A DNA stretch of 64,000 nucleotides, taken from a bacterium. GTDB taxonomy: Bacteria > Electryoneota > Electryoneia > Electryoneales > Electryoneaceae. The position numbers and the translations under genes were made by a program. Positions 9,912 through 19,581 of this stretch are shown one piece after another; position 1 is the first letter of the stretch, and every line of letters begins with the position of its first letter. The stretch is from NCBI GenBank assembly GCA_963675295.2, contig CAXXKJ010000002.1, positions 2,208,001-2,272,000 of the forward strand, read 5' to 3'. A model generated the notes under the pieces. The model did not search any database and was not told the DNA's origin. It worked only from the letters and a program-made list of their open reading frames with translations.

Positions 9912-12059
9912 TCAGGGAAGGGCGACCACCAACGGCGAATCGGTCACGTCCCACTGTCCCTTCGCGATATTCTCACCCGCTGTGAAAGCCAGGTAACTGT
10001 ACTTGCCGTAATGGGGCAACTTCCGCGCCAACGGTTGCAACGCACCGGAAGACGATCCCCATACATCCATGTGTACGACGTTCGGGTGGTCGTTGTTTCG
10101 ACTCGCCCACACGAGCGCGAGAGCCTCAGGCGACGGCGGCGAATCCTGCAAACTGCCGGTCATCAGCACGCGTTCGGAGGCGTGTTCGCGTCCCATACGA
10201 AGCACTGATCGTTCCGCCAGCATCTCATCCGTCACGTCTCCCGCTTCCACGTACTCCGCATCCGTCCGAGCCAGCATCGTTTCCGCGAACTGCTTGTAAG
10301 CGTTTCGCATTGGATCACTCGCTGGTGGCAACACCACGATCGGCTGCTCCGCGCCATAAAAACCGGACAGCGTCGGCGGGGCTTCCAGCGGATCCAGTTC
10401 ACGGAAAACGTTGTAGTCAGGATCGATGTCAACGCGCACCGGACGCTCCTCGGCCGGAACGCGGGCATGGTACATCTCGCCATTCACGTCACGCAAGACG
10501 TGATCCACGGAAGAGCCGCTCGCAAAGTGCACCCGAACCGGCACGTCCACGTGGAACGGATCTCCGTCCTGTGTCTGGACTAAGTCGAATTCCAACAAGT
10601 AGTTAGCGTCACCTGTGTTCTGCTGCACGATGGGATTCTGCACCTTAAAAGCTGGAGCCCCGGGACGATCAATCCACTGCCGTTCGTACCACCCGAAATC
10701 CTCGCCGCTCACCACTTCGAATTTGTCAAAGAAGTCGGCCCACGCCACCTTCTCGAACTGGTGCTCCATGTAGAAGTCACTCAGCGCCTGCGTGAACACG
10801 TCCGGGCCAATCCGGTTGGCGATCATGTGATACACCATCATCACCTTGCCGTAGCCGATCGTGCGGCTGCCGGCGGTCGTCCGCGAGGTGAACTCCCGCA
10901 CCGGGAAGTCTTTGTCCTCACCACGAATCACGTAATCGCTGTAGTCCCGCAACAGGTCGAGCCGGTACTGCCGCTGCCCGCTCGGATCACGCTGCCCGGC
11001 ATAGATATAATCTGCCTGATAGACGGTCAACCCTTCGCACCAGTTACCGCTGTCATAATCCACGAGTACGCCGTTACCCCACCAGTTGTGCAGCACTTCA
11101 TGGCCCAGCGAGGTGTACACGATGAACGGCAGTGCCAGCACGTCGGTTCCCAGCAACGTGTAGCTCGGCATGCCATAGCCAGTCGGGAACCAGTTTTCGA
11201 CCACGCTGAAGCGGTCGAACTGGTACGGGCCGATCATCTCGTTGTACATCGCGATGTAGCGTGCGGAATGGGTCAGGTAGCGTTCAACCAGCTCAGGATC
11301 GTCCTGATAGTGGTACATCGCGATCTCGGTACCGTCCTGGTCGATCGTGTCCAGTATGTAGGGCCCGGCGACGAGATACGATCCATCAAGCGGATGCACC
11401 GAGGAGAAGTGGACCGAGGTGTCGGTGTGCGCCGAGATGTTGCCCTCCGCCAATCCTTCCCAGGATTCCGGGTGCAGGATCGTCGTCTCGAACGTGCTCA
11501 ATCCCGCATCGCCTGGCAGGAACGGATAATACCCCGTGTTCGGCACCAGGAACGCGCCCCGCTCTTCGATCAGGCCGGTGGTTTCGTCTGCAATTGCCCA
11601 GCGGTTGAACGAGGCGACCTCAACGTCATCGTTGATCGGTCCGCAGTAGCTGAAGGTGAGGGTTACGTCGCCGGTGGCGCTGACGGGGATGCCGTACAAC
11701 GCCAGGTGGTCGTTGCTCTCATTCCAATCGGAATCACTCAGCAAACGGCCCATCTGCTTGCCGACGGCTTCGTAACCCGAACCCAGCAGCAGCAGTTCGC
11801 CCTGCTGGACATCGCCCTCCGCGCGGGCCTCGCCGATATTCAGATCTTTGTGCAGCAGGAAGAAGAAGGTGTCGATCCGGGCCGGGGTCCAGGTGAGATT
11901 GACCTGTGCGTCCAGCATGTGATCGGTGGGGGAGAGTTCGTAGGTCGCTTCGTACGACGAGACCTGTCCTAACGGATAGGTTTCGGCCTCCTGCTTCGGT
12001 GCACATCCCGCGAGCAGCAGCCCCAGCAACACGACGGATACGACGGCGATCCTGTTCAT
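9912..12059 (-). CDS. M1 family metallo-aminopeptidase lipoprotein
   Basis: LAGC lipobox, GYGMPS, HEVLHNWWGN plus WCEGL zinc motif, YGK. Confidence 0.88.
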   Translation of the reverse strand: MNRIAVVSVVLLGLLLAGCAPKQEAETYPLGQVSSYEATYELSPTDHMLDAQVNLTWTPARIDTFFFLLHKDLNIGEARAEGDVQQGELLLLGSGYEAVGKQMGRLLSDSDWNESNDHLALYGIPVSATGDVTLTFSYCGPINDDVEVASFNRWAIADETTGLIEERGAFLVPNTGYYPFLPGDAGLSTFETTILHPESWEGLAEGNISAHTDTSVHFSSVHPLDGSYLVAGPYILDTIDQDGTEIAMYHYQDDPELVERYLTHSARYIAMYNEMIGPYQFDRFSVVENWFPTGYGMPSYTLLGTDVLALPFIVYTSLGHEVLHNWWGNGVLVDYDSGNWCEGLTVYQADYIYAGQRDPSGQRQYRLDLLRDYSDYVIRGEDKDFPVREFTSRTTAGSRTIGYGKVMMVYHMIANRIGPDVFTQALSDFYMEHQFEKVAWADFFDKFEVVSGEDFGWYERQWIDRPGAPAFKVQNPIVQQNTGDANYLLEFDLVQTQDGDPFHVDVPVRVHFASGSSVDHVLRDVNGEMYHARVPAEERPVRVDIDPDYNVFRELDPLEAPPTLSGFYGAEQPIVVLPPASDPMRNAYKQFAETMLARTDAEYVEAGDVTDEMLAERSVLRMGREHASERVLMTGSLQDSPPSPEALALVWASRNNDHPNVVHMDVWGSSSGALQPLARKLPHYGKYSYLAFTAGENIAKGQWDVTDSPLVVALP

Positions 12060-12080
12060 CGTACTTCTCCCTCGTTGACC

Positions 12081-12836
12081 TCACAGCCCCAGCGACCACA
12101 ACACGATCAACCCACCGGATGTTGTCGCGATCAGGTTGACGATATCGTTATCAACCCAGCGCAATCCACGGAGAAGACGGCTCTTTTTTCCAGCGGGAGG
12201 CGTTTCGTGGAGCTCACCGGTTGGACCGTTCCACAAGCCTTGCACCCACGCACCGGCGAGACTGTCGAGCAGCGATCCGGCAGTGCCTGCAAGAGTCACC
12301 CACAATGCGTACTTCCACAGGATCATCCCGGTCGCGGCGCAGAGCACGGCGATAAACGCCGCGCCGGCCACCGTGGCCAGCGTTCCCACCAGGCTGATCG
12401 CGCCCGATTGCCCGGGAGGCACGGTGCGAAATGTGCGCAGGCTCAGCGGACGTCCGCCGAAAGATCCGCCCCATTCCGTCGCCCACGTGTCCGCGGCTGC
12501 GGCAGCGAAACTGGCGGCGACCGCCACGCCGAACCGTGGATCGCTAAGCACCAGCGCGACAGCGGCGAACACCATCCCCGGCAACCCGTTGGCGAGTACC
12601 TGCCGCGCATGGCGGGTGCGGTCTCGTTCACGTGATGCTCCCGGCCAGCGTGTCCATACCGATGAGCTGATCAGGAACGCCAGCGGCGCCGTCAGCCAGC
12701 TCCAGCCACCGGCCCACAACAGTGGCAACGCCATTAACGTCGCGACGAACGTCGCCGGCCAGGTCAGCAGGCGAAAGGCGAGGATCAGTCCCACGCCGAT
12801 CAGGACAACGATGAGGTAGGTCATGGCAGCGCTCAC
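12081..12836 (-). CDS. DUF92 membrane protein
   Basis: R.ARQVLANG, ADTWATE.G, VPPGQSGAISLVGT, DSLAGA, NDIVNL. Confidence 0.88.
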   Translation of the reverse strand: MSAAMTYLIVVLIGVGLILAFRLLTWPATFVATLMALPLLWAGGWSWLTAPLAFLISSSVWTRWPGASRERDRTRHARQVLANGLPGMVFAAVALVLSDPRFGVAVAASFAAAAADTWATEWGGSFGGRPLSLRTFRTVPPGQSGAISLVGTLATVAGAAFIAVLCAATGMILWKYALWVTLAGTAGSLLDSLAGAWVQGLWNGPTGELHETPPAGKKSRLLRGLRWVDNDIVNLIATTSGGLIVLWSLGL

Positions 12837-12970
12837 GGCTGCCCTCCGTCAGATTGCAGTCAACTCGAACGTAGCGGGAGCGGAGAACGCTGTCAAGAGG
12901 GTTCCGCCAACAACGGTTCACTATCTTCCAACCTGCTCAATACGGGTCCAAGTCCAAGCGAAGGCGTGTA

Positions 12971-13750
12971 ATGACACAGACTTTGCCATCCATGACCACA
13001 CTGCGCAAACTGTCGCAGAAGAAGTACCGTGACCGGGAGGGGTTGTACCTGGTCGAGGGTGCCTCGGCGCTGCGGGACGCGATCCTCAGTGATCAGCCGC
13101 CGGTGATGCTGTTGTATGAAGATCGTGCGAACGACCGCGAGGTGGACAACCACCTGCTCGAGTTGGCGCTTGAACGCAAGGTTCCGGTGCGCGAGCTAAC
13201 GGACGGCGAACTGGTCCGCATCAGCGGGCTCAAGACCGCGCCGCCGGTCGCCGGGATATTTGCCCTGCCGGAGGCGCATGACCCAATCGGGCCGGGACCC
13301 GGCGAGGTGGTGCTGGCATTGGACCGGGTGATGGACCCCGGCAACCTCGGAACGTTGATCCGCTCGGCGTTGTTTTACGGCGTGCACGATATCTGGCTCG
13401 GGGAGGGCACCGCGGACCCATTCAACCCGAAGGTGGTGCGTGCGAGCATGGGGGCACAGTTGCATGCGCGGCTCTGCCGGAACGTCAAGCTGGAACACGT
13501 GCTCGCGGCGGAAGTACAGAGAGGGACACGCGTGCTCGCGACTGACATGGACGGCAACGACCGGTTTCAGCCGGTAGCTTCCGGTTCTCCGCCCGCGATC
13601 CTGCTGCTCGGGAATGAACCGGCCGGTGTTGCACCGGGGCTGATCACGGTGGCGTCCGAACATGTTGCGATCACTCGGCGTGGGCCGGTAGATTCGTTGA
13701 ATGTGGCGATGGCGGGGGCAATCCTGCTGGATCGCCTGCTCGCTCGCTGA
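12971..13750 (+). CDS. TrmH/SpoU RNA methyltransferase
   Basis: DPGNLGTLIRS, KVVRASMGA, GNEPAG, DSLNVAMAG. Confidence 0.93.
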   Translation: MTQTLPSMTTLRKLSQKKYRDREGLYLVEGASALRDAILSDQPPVMLLYEDRANDREVDNHLLELALERKVPVRELTDGELVRISGLKTAPPVAGIFALPEAHDPIGPGPGEVVLALDRVMDPGNLGTLIRSALFYGVHDIWLGEGTADPFNPKVVRASMGAQLHARLCRNVKLEHVLAAEVQRGTRVLATDMDGNDRFQPVASGSPPAILLLGNEPAGVAPGLITVASEHVAITRRGPVDSLNVAMAGAILLDRLLAR

Positions 13751-13764
13751 CGAACGGAATCCTC

Positions 13765-14727
13765 ATGGAACAGCTTCCGCAGAACGAACCCACAAAGCAG
13801 CCCGATCCGAAGAACGAGTACCCGATCAGCGGCAGGGACGTTGTCACCGTCGTTGTCACCACGCTGCTCATTCTGCTCGGAGGCTTTATCGTCATCGGTG
13901 CGCTCGGCACGATGGAGCTGGTAACGCCGAACGGTGATGTCGACATGGACACCATCGATCAGTGGGCGAGTGGCAACCTGGACACGCTGCCGATGTCGCT
14001 GAAGGTCGCGGCGATGTTCACGCAGATGCTGCTGATCGTCCCCGCGTGGGTGTTCATTCGCAGGAAAAAACTCGATACGGCGATATTCCTGCGTGTCCGT
14101 CCTGTCCCGGTGCAGCTGATCTTTTACTCGGTGTTAATCGGGCTCGGTGTGGCGTTGCTCGGGGACGAGCTCAGCCGCCTGATGAACTACGTCCTGCCAC
14201 TGCCGGAGGATATGGCGTACGGCATCCAGCGCATGATGCAGATCGACACCGTGCTCGACTTTCTCACCATGGGCCTGACCGTTACTCTCATCGCGCCGAT
14301 CGTCGAGGAGATGCTCTTCCGTGGCTTCTTTCAGCGCTACTTCGAGGCACGGCGTGGCGTAACCTCTGGCGTGATGATGGCCAGCGCGTTGTTCGCGGTC
14401 TACCATTTCAACATCTATTGGATGATCCCGATTTTGCTGATGGCGACCGTGATGGGCGCCATGGCGTGGCGCGCGGAATCGGTGCTGCCGACGATTATTG
14501 TGCACATGACGAACAACGGTCTCGGCCTGCTCGCGGCGAACGTGTACCCCGACGAGGAGCCGGGCTGGTTCCTGATGGGCGATCACGTGCATCCGTTGAT
14601 TTTGCTGGTCGCCATCGTGTTCCTCGTCTGGGGCTTGCGCAGCTACTTCAAGTTGTCGGAACAGAAGAATTTAGGCGGGCATGGTCCGGGCGGTCCGGTG
14701 GGTAAAAACCTCGACTCGGCGGTGTAA
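13765..14727 (+). CDS. CPBP intramembrane metalloprotease (CAAX/Abi)
   Basis: EEMLFRG, FAVYH, HMTNN motifs; multiple TM segments. Confidence 0.92.
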   Translation: MEQLPQNEPTKQPDPKNEYPISGRDVVTVVVTTLLILLGGFIVIGALGTMELVTPNGDVDMDTIDQWASGNLDTLPMSLKVAAMFTQMLLIVPAWVFIRRKKLDTAIFLRVRPVPVQLIFYSVLIGLGVALLGDELSRLMNYVLPLPEDMAYGIQRMMQIDTVLDFLTMGLTVTLIAPIVEEMLFRGFFQRYFEARRGVTSGVMMASALFAVYHFNIYWMIPILLMATVMGAMAWRAESVLPTIIVHMTNNGLGLLAANVYPDEEPGWFLMGDHVHPLILLVAIVFLVWGLRSYFKLSEQKNLGGHGPGGPVGKNLDSAV

Positions 14728-16316
14728 TGGAAACGGTTCGTGTTGGTATCAGCATCCGGAAACCGGAACTGCACATCCGGCTCAACGGCAACACGGCGAT
14801 CTCGATGCCGGACCGGGCCGAACCCTACATCCTGCCACCGGGAACGTATACCGCACGTCTCGCGCAACGCAGCGAGACGCCGCTCTGGGGCGCGAAAGTG
14901 TGCTCCTTCATTGACCGTTCGCTGGCTGAGGAAGCCGCCGAGCTGCTTAGCGATTACGACCTCGCCTGTGACCTGATCACCATGGGCGGGTCCGTGTCGT
15001 GGGGCGACGACACCACGCTCGACACAACCGTAACCAGCGTCGTCATCGGGCACGGGGAAGATTCGGACCAGGTCCTTGCGAAAGCCCGGGAGCTGCTGAA
15101 CACCATCCCCGCCGAGGTGACTGTCAACATCCCCGGCCTCCGGCGTTACCAGGATGAGCTCCCGCGTGTCGAGGCGGTCCGATTGAATCCGCCCACTGGT
15201 GGACGAATCCAGATCCAGCGCGAGGGCGGCACCATCAGCAACACGGTCGCCTCGCCGGTGACCATCGTCCCGCAGGACCCGAACGATCATTTCGAGCTCG
15301 GCGACGTCACCATCGGCATCCAGTTCCACTGGCAGCACGACGAAGCGCTGAGTTTTCGCGGCTCAATGCAAATTGTTGCCGATGGGAACGGCCTGACCGC
15401 AGTCAACGAAGTCGAGCTGGACGAGTACCTCACCTCGCTGCTCGGTAGCGAGATGCGATCCGACTGGCCGGACGAAGCCCTTGCGGCGCAGGCGATTGCC
15501 GCACGTTCGACAGTGCTTGCGACACGCAACCGTCACCATTTCGGCGAAGCGTTCCAGCTCTGCCACGACGACCACTGCCAATGCTACCAGGGCGTATCCC
15601 GTGAGAGCGACGATGCCCGCCGGGTGCTGCAACGGGTCAAGGGCACGCTGCTGATGCACGAGGGGCGTGTCGCGGACGCACGCTACGCCAAGATTTCCGG
15701 GGTGCTCACCGATGGTCACGAGGTCGCGTGGGACGATGAGGTGGTGCCGTACCTGATTCCGGTGCCGTGCGGCCCGACGGACGATGATCGCATGGGCGAG
15801 GTGGAGACTGCGTTCGGACGTTCCGGCGAGGAAAACTTGCGCGAGTGGTTTCGCAACATGCCGGACTGGACCGCCTGCAATCCGGTCGCGCATCCGTATC
15901 CGCCTTCCGCGAAAGAGATGGAAGATCTGTATCTCTGGCATCGTTCCCTGACATGGGAGCAGGTGACGGAGCTGGTGAAAGAGCGGACCGGAACGGACAT
16001 CGGCCGGATTCACCACGTGGAGCCCCTGGAGCGTGGGATCTCGGGCCGAATCGTGTATCTTCGCGTGCACGGTTCCGCGGGGACGGTTACCATCGGCAAG
16101 GAACTGGCGATCCGGCGCCTGTTGTCGGACAGCCACCTGCCGAGCAGCGCGTTTCTCATCCGGGAAACAAAGAGTGGCCTTGATCTCGAAGGGCTCGGCT
16201 GGGGTCACGGCGTCGGCCTTTGCCAATTGGGTTCGTGCGGACTGGCGAATGCCGGATGGAATTTCCGCCGTATCCTGAATTTGTATTATCCGGGGTGTCA
16301 CTTGTTGACAGTGTGA
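14727..16316 (+). CDS. SpoIID/LytB domain protein
   Basis: VNEVELDEYL..SEM, EALAAQAIAARS, CQCYQG, GWGHGVGLCQ, IL..YYPG. Confidence 0.92.
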   Translation: METVRVGISIRKPELHIRLNGNTAISMPDRAEPYILPPGTYTARLAQRSETPLWGAKVCSFIDRSLAEEAAELLSDYDLACDLITMGGSVSWGDDTTLDTTVTSVVIGHGEDSDQVLAKARELLNTIPAEVTVNIPGLRRYQDELPRVEAVRLNPPTGGRIQIQREGGTISNTVASPVTIVPQDPNDHFELGDVTIGIQFHWQHDEALSFRGSMQIVADGNGLTAVNEVELDEYLTSLLGSEMRSDWPDEALAAQAIAARSTVLATRNRHHFGEAFQLCHDDHCQCYQGVSRESDDARRVLQRVKGTLLMHEGRVADARYAKISGVLTDGHEVAWDDEVVPYLIPVPCGPTDDDRMGEVETAFGRSGEENLREWFRNMPDWTACNPVAHPYPPSAKEMEDLYLWHRSLTWEQVTELVKERTGTDIGRIHHVEPLERGISGRIVYLRVHGSAGTVTIGKELAIRRLLSDSHLPSSAFLIRETKSGLDLEGLGWGHGVGLCQLGSCGLANAGWNFRRILNLYYPGCHLLTV

Positions 16317-16350
16317 CACGGATTCAGGCTTATACTGAGGTAGAGAAGGG

Positions 16351-17232
16351 ATGGCCAGAGCTGCCGAAAACAGCGGTCAGCCGGGAGCGGTAAACACGGC
16401 GGAAGACGCGCAGAAGCGTCTCGAACGCATGCGCCGCTGGGTGCGTGGACCGTTTAACCAGTTTCTCTCGTTTATCATTCAGGGGCTGGTCGCGCTGCTG
16501 GGTGTCATCTACCTGAAAGTGTTGAATCGGACGAAGGTTTATGGTCGTAAGCTCCTGCGTGGGCAGGAACCACCGTACCTTTACGTCAGCAATCACCTCA
16601 CCATGATTGACGATTTCCTCATGGACCCGGTGCTGTTCGGGCCGATCGCGATGTCGAAATTCAAGTTGAAGTATTTCCCGTGGCATGTCCCCGAAGAGAA
16701 GAATTTTTTCCTCAATCCGATCCTGTCGTGGTTTCTGCAGAAGTGCCAGGCGATCCCGATCACCCGTGGCCGCGGTGTGTTCCAGCCCGGCATGATGCGG
16801 GTCAAGGAACTGTTGCAGGAAGGGAAGATCATCCACATTTATCCGGAAGGTACCCGTTCCCGCAGCGGTGACATCGGCCGCGGACAGGTCGGCGTCGGCA
16901 AGTTGGCGCGCGAGACGAAGATGAAGGTCGTGCCGGTGTACCACGAAGGCACGCAGAACATCCTCCCGGTCGGATCAAAGAAGCTGCGCATCAACCAGAA
17001 GGTCGCGATCATCGTCGGTGAACCGGTCGAGATGGACGACCTGTACGCTCTCCCGGAAAGCCGCGAGGTGTTCCTCAAGGTCGCGGAACGCATGGTCACC
17101 CACATCCGTGGCCTGCGCCTCAAGCTGCACCAGGACGGCCACAACGCCATCGACATCCCCGCCGACTGGCTGGACGAAGACCGCCACCAGGTCTCCGGCG
17201 TGCCCGAGGAACAGGGCTGGCAGGACGGTTGA
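16351..17232 (+). CDS. lysophospholipid acyltransferase
   Basis: SNHLTMID (HX4D) and IYPEGTRS. Confidence 0.9.
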   Translation: MARAAENSGQPGAVNTAEDAQKRLERMRRWVRGPFNQFLSFIIQGLVALLGVIYLKVLNRTKVYGRKLLRGQEPPYLYVSNHLTMIDDFLMDPVLFGPIAMSKFKLKYFPWHVPEEKNFFLNPILSWFLQKCQAIPITRGRGVFQPGMMRVKELLQEGKIIHIYPEGTRSRSGDIGRGQVGVGKLARETKMKVVPVYHEGTQNILPVGSKKLRINQKVAIIVGEPVEMDDLYALPESREVFLKVAERMVTHIRGLRLKLHQDGHNAIDIPADWLDEDRHQVSGVPEEQGWQDG

Positions 17233-17272
17233 GCTTGATTACAGGTGAATTCGAATAGCTTGCCCATACGGT

Positions 17273-17310
17273 TAGAACCGACAAATAGAACCGACAAATA
17301 GAACCGCAAA
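17273..17310. repeat. 13-bp tandem repeat (TAGAACCGACAAA) x about 3
   Basis: Seen directly. Confidence 0.8.
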
Positions 17311-17437
17311 ACCGGGGACACTTACTCCGCTAAGTGTCCCCGGTTTTTCTCGTCAACGTTTCCTTGATATCGTAGCCCTCCCCTTGCTGCTCAGCTACGT
17401 AATCCGCGGGGACACTTTAGGGACAAAGTGTCCCCGG
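17308..17437. repeat. two GGGGACAC...GTGTCCCC hairpins, family B
   Basis: CCGGGGACACTTA-CTCCGC-TAAGTGTCCCCGG and CGGGGACACTTT-AGGGAC-AAAGTGTCCCCG; near-identical copies at 44241 and 44331. Confidence 0.85.
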
Positions 17438-17443
17438 TTTTCT

Positions 17444-17554
17444 TCACCGCGTAGCGGTGACAGGTGGTTAGCGTGTGGCTTCAGCCACACGAAACGCGCC
17501 GCCCCTTACACCCACCGCCGCAAACAAAACGAGCGCCCTGTAGGGGCGCCGCAT
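17444..17554 (+). repeat. REP-like element, family A, copy 2
   Basis: Same three hairpins as 6792-6898. Confidence 0.9.
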
Positions 17555-17603
17555 CCTTCCAAGCAACTCTGCTTCCTGGTACCGTAATCCTCCGAATCCA
17601 CTC

Positions 17604-18455
17604 TCAATACGCCGCCGAGGTCAACGCTCCGATCACTTCGCCCACCTTGCGCACCGGATGCAGGCTGACACGCTTGTACAGCACCGCTTGCGGGTCTTTT
17701 TCGATCTTCAGCAGCAACGCGTAATACACCCGCCGCATCGCTTCGCTGGTCAACAGACGCGCGGTCGCGCTGGTGGGACGATGGCGTTCAGCCTCATCGT
17801 ACGCTGCTTTCGCGAGACGGATCATCGCGCGGATCAACTTGCGCACCTTCGGCGTGTTGGTTCCGTTCGCGAGATCCTCACGCGTAACCCCGTGTGCCTC
17901 CAGCATTTCACGCGGGACATACACCCGCCCGTTGCGCGCGTCTTCCCGCAGGTCGCGGATCACGTTCGTCAACTGCAACGCCTTGCCCAACGCCAGCCCG
18001 TATTGTTTTGCTTTCGCGCCGGCGACGCCAAAAACTTCGAGGCACAGCAAACCGACCGTGCCCGCCGCACGGTAACAGTATTCGTCAAGCTCGCTCATCT
18101 TGTCGAGCGCGACGTCATGAATGTCGCCTTCCATCCCGAGGATGAGGTCGTCAAAGTATTGCTTCGTCAATCGATACCTGCCGACCGTATCCGCCAACGC
18201 CACTTCCACTGGCGTTTCCGGCGAACCCTTGTACACACGTTCCAGCCCGAGCTTGACCACGTTCAACGCGGCCGCGCGCAGCGAAGGTTCCGGGAGTTCG
18301 TCAACCGCGTCATCGGCAGCACGGCAGAACGCGTAGACGGCGTAAATTGCGTATCGTTTCGTACGGGGGAGCAGTTGGAAGGCGAGAAAAAAGTTGCCCG
18401 CCGAGGTTTTCACCACGGTTTTGCAGGTTTCGTAGGCTTGAGCCAGGTGCTTCAA
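17604..18455 (-). CDS. hpnD: presqualene diphosphate synthase / phytoene synthase family
   Basis: YAFCRAADDAVD, YCYRAAGTVG, QLTNVIRDLRED..GRVYVP; coupled to an hpnC-like gene. Confidence 0.8.
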   Translation of the reverse strand: MKHLAQAYETCKTVVKTSAGNFFLAFQLLPRTKRYAIYAVYAFCRAADDAVDELPEPSLRAAALNVVKLGLERVYKGSPETPVEVALADTVGRYRLTKQYFDDLILGMEGDIHDVALDKMSELDEYCYRAAGTVGLLCLEVFGVAGAKAKQYGLALGKALQLTNVIRDLREDARNGRVYVPREMLEAHGVTREDLANGTNTPKVRKLIRAMIRLAKAAYDEAERHRPTSATARLLTSEAMRRVYYALLLKIEKDPQAVLYKRVSLHPVRKVGEVIGALTSAAY

Positions 18456-19354
18456 AGGGGTTTACCTCGTACGGCACGTACCAGCAGGGCGGCCCGACTC
18501 ATCCGGCTGGCGGTAATATGACGGCTGCACACATCATAATCAGCCTTGCGCAGAGCATGCAAGGCCAACCTCCCACCGCCGTGAAATAGAATCAGTTGCT
18601 TGCGCAGTTTCGGGTCCACATTGTCCAGCAGTGCACGTCCCGTGGCGAACAGGAATTCCGCGCGTTTCGCCTCATAACGGAGCAAGTCACGCACCGGTTC
18701 CACCGTCGGCGAGACGCTGAACATCGCCTCCTCGACGCCGAACCGCCGCATGTCCTTACGCGGCAAATACACCCTGTCTCGTTTTTCGTAGTCTTCCCGA
18801 ACATCCTGCAAAAAGTTGACCAGTTGCAGCCCGGTGCAGATCGCGTCCGACCAGCGGTCCATCGCCGGCGAACGGTAGCCATGCACCCGCAACACCCAGC
18901 GGCCAACAGGATCGGCTGAACCGGCAGTGTACTCACGCAGATCAGACCACGTCTCATACCGCTTGATAAACTGGTCCTGCCGGAATGCGTCGATCATCCG
19001 CTGAAACAGCTCGCGCTCGATGTGGTACCGTTCGACCACATCCTGCAACGCGACAAACGCCGGGTGGGAAGGGGTGGACTCATCGTCGCAGACTGCGTCC
19101 AGCTCACGCTGCCACTCGTCCAACGCCCGGTTCGCGGCGGAGGCTGTGTTCCCGGATTCGCCCTGCTCATCCGCACGATCGTCCGCACCTCGCGCGAACG
19201 CGTACAGCGCGAAGTACGCATTGCGCAACTCGTCACCGAGCAGCAGCTTCGACGCGACATCGAAGTTCTCCCGATGCTTCGTCGCAAACTCCGCGCACCA
19301 CTGCTGAGCGTCGGCTAGTGTGTACGTACTGCGATGTGGTTCCGCTTCGCTCAA
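18452..19354 (-). CDS. hpnC: squalene synthase HpnC
   Basis: HRENFDVAS, YAFARGADDRADE, AFRQDQ, SADPVGR, QLVNFLQDV. Confidence 0.85.
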   Translation of the reverse strand: MSEAEPHRSTYTLADAQQWCAEFATKHRENFDVASKLLLGDELRNAYFALYAFARGADDRADEQGESGNTASAANRALDEWQRELDAVCDDESTPSHPAFVALQDVVERYHIERELFQRMIDAFRQDQFIKRYETWSDLREYTAGSADPVGRWVLRVHGYRSPAMDRWSDAICTGLQLVNFLQDVREDYEKRDRVYLPRKDMRRFGVEEAMFSVSPTVEPVRDLLRYEAKRAEFLFATGRALLDNVDPKLRKQLILFHGGGRLALHALRKADYDVCSRHITASRMSRAALLVRAVRGKPL

Positions 19355-19372
19355 CTCAGGTGTGTACCTTCA

Positions 19373-19557
19373 TGCAAGTGCCCGTGCTTGCTTGCAAGCG
19401 CGGATCATCCGTCAGCCAAAGATTCAAACACGATGCCCTCGGACTTTAGTCCGGGATCATCAACTGCCCAAGCATCCACCGCAATCACGCCGTGTGCCCC
19501 GACCAGCTTGCTGGTCGGGATGATCAACAGATGCCCGCGGAAGCTCCGCTACCGCGG
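19373..19557. repeat. cluster of REP-like elements (family C GCAAGCA(A/G)CACGGGCAC, reversed, plus further hairpins)
   Basis: 19373-19404 is a near-perfect reverse complement of 55775-55806; GCCCTCGG..CCGGGA resembles 47011; GCCCGCGG..CGCTACCGCGG resembles 44416. Confidence 0.75.
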
Positions 19558-19581
19558 TTCATCCGAGCCCCGAGCCCGTTA

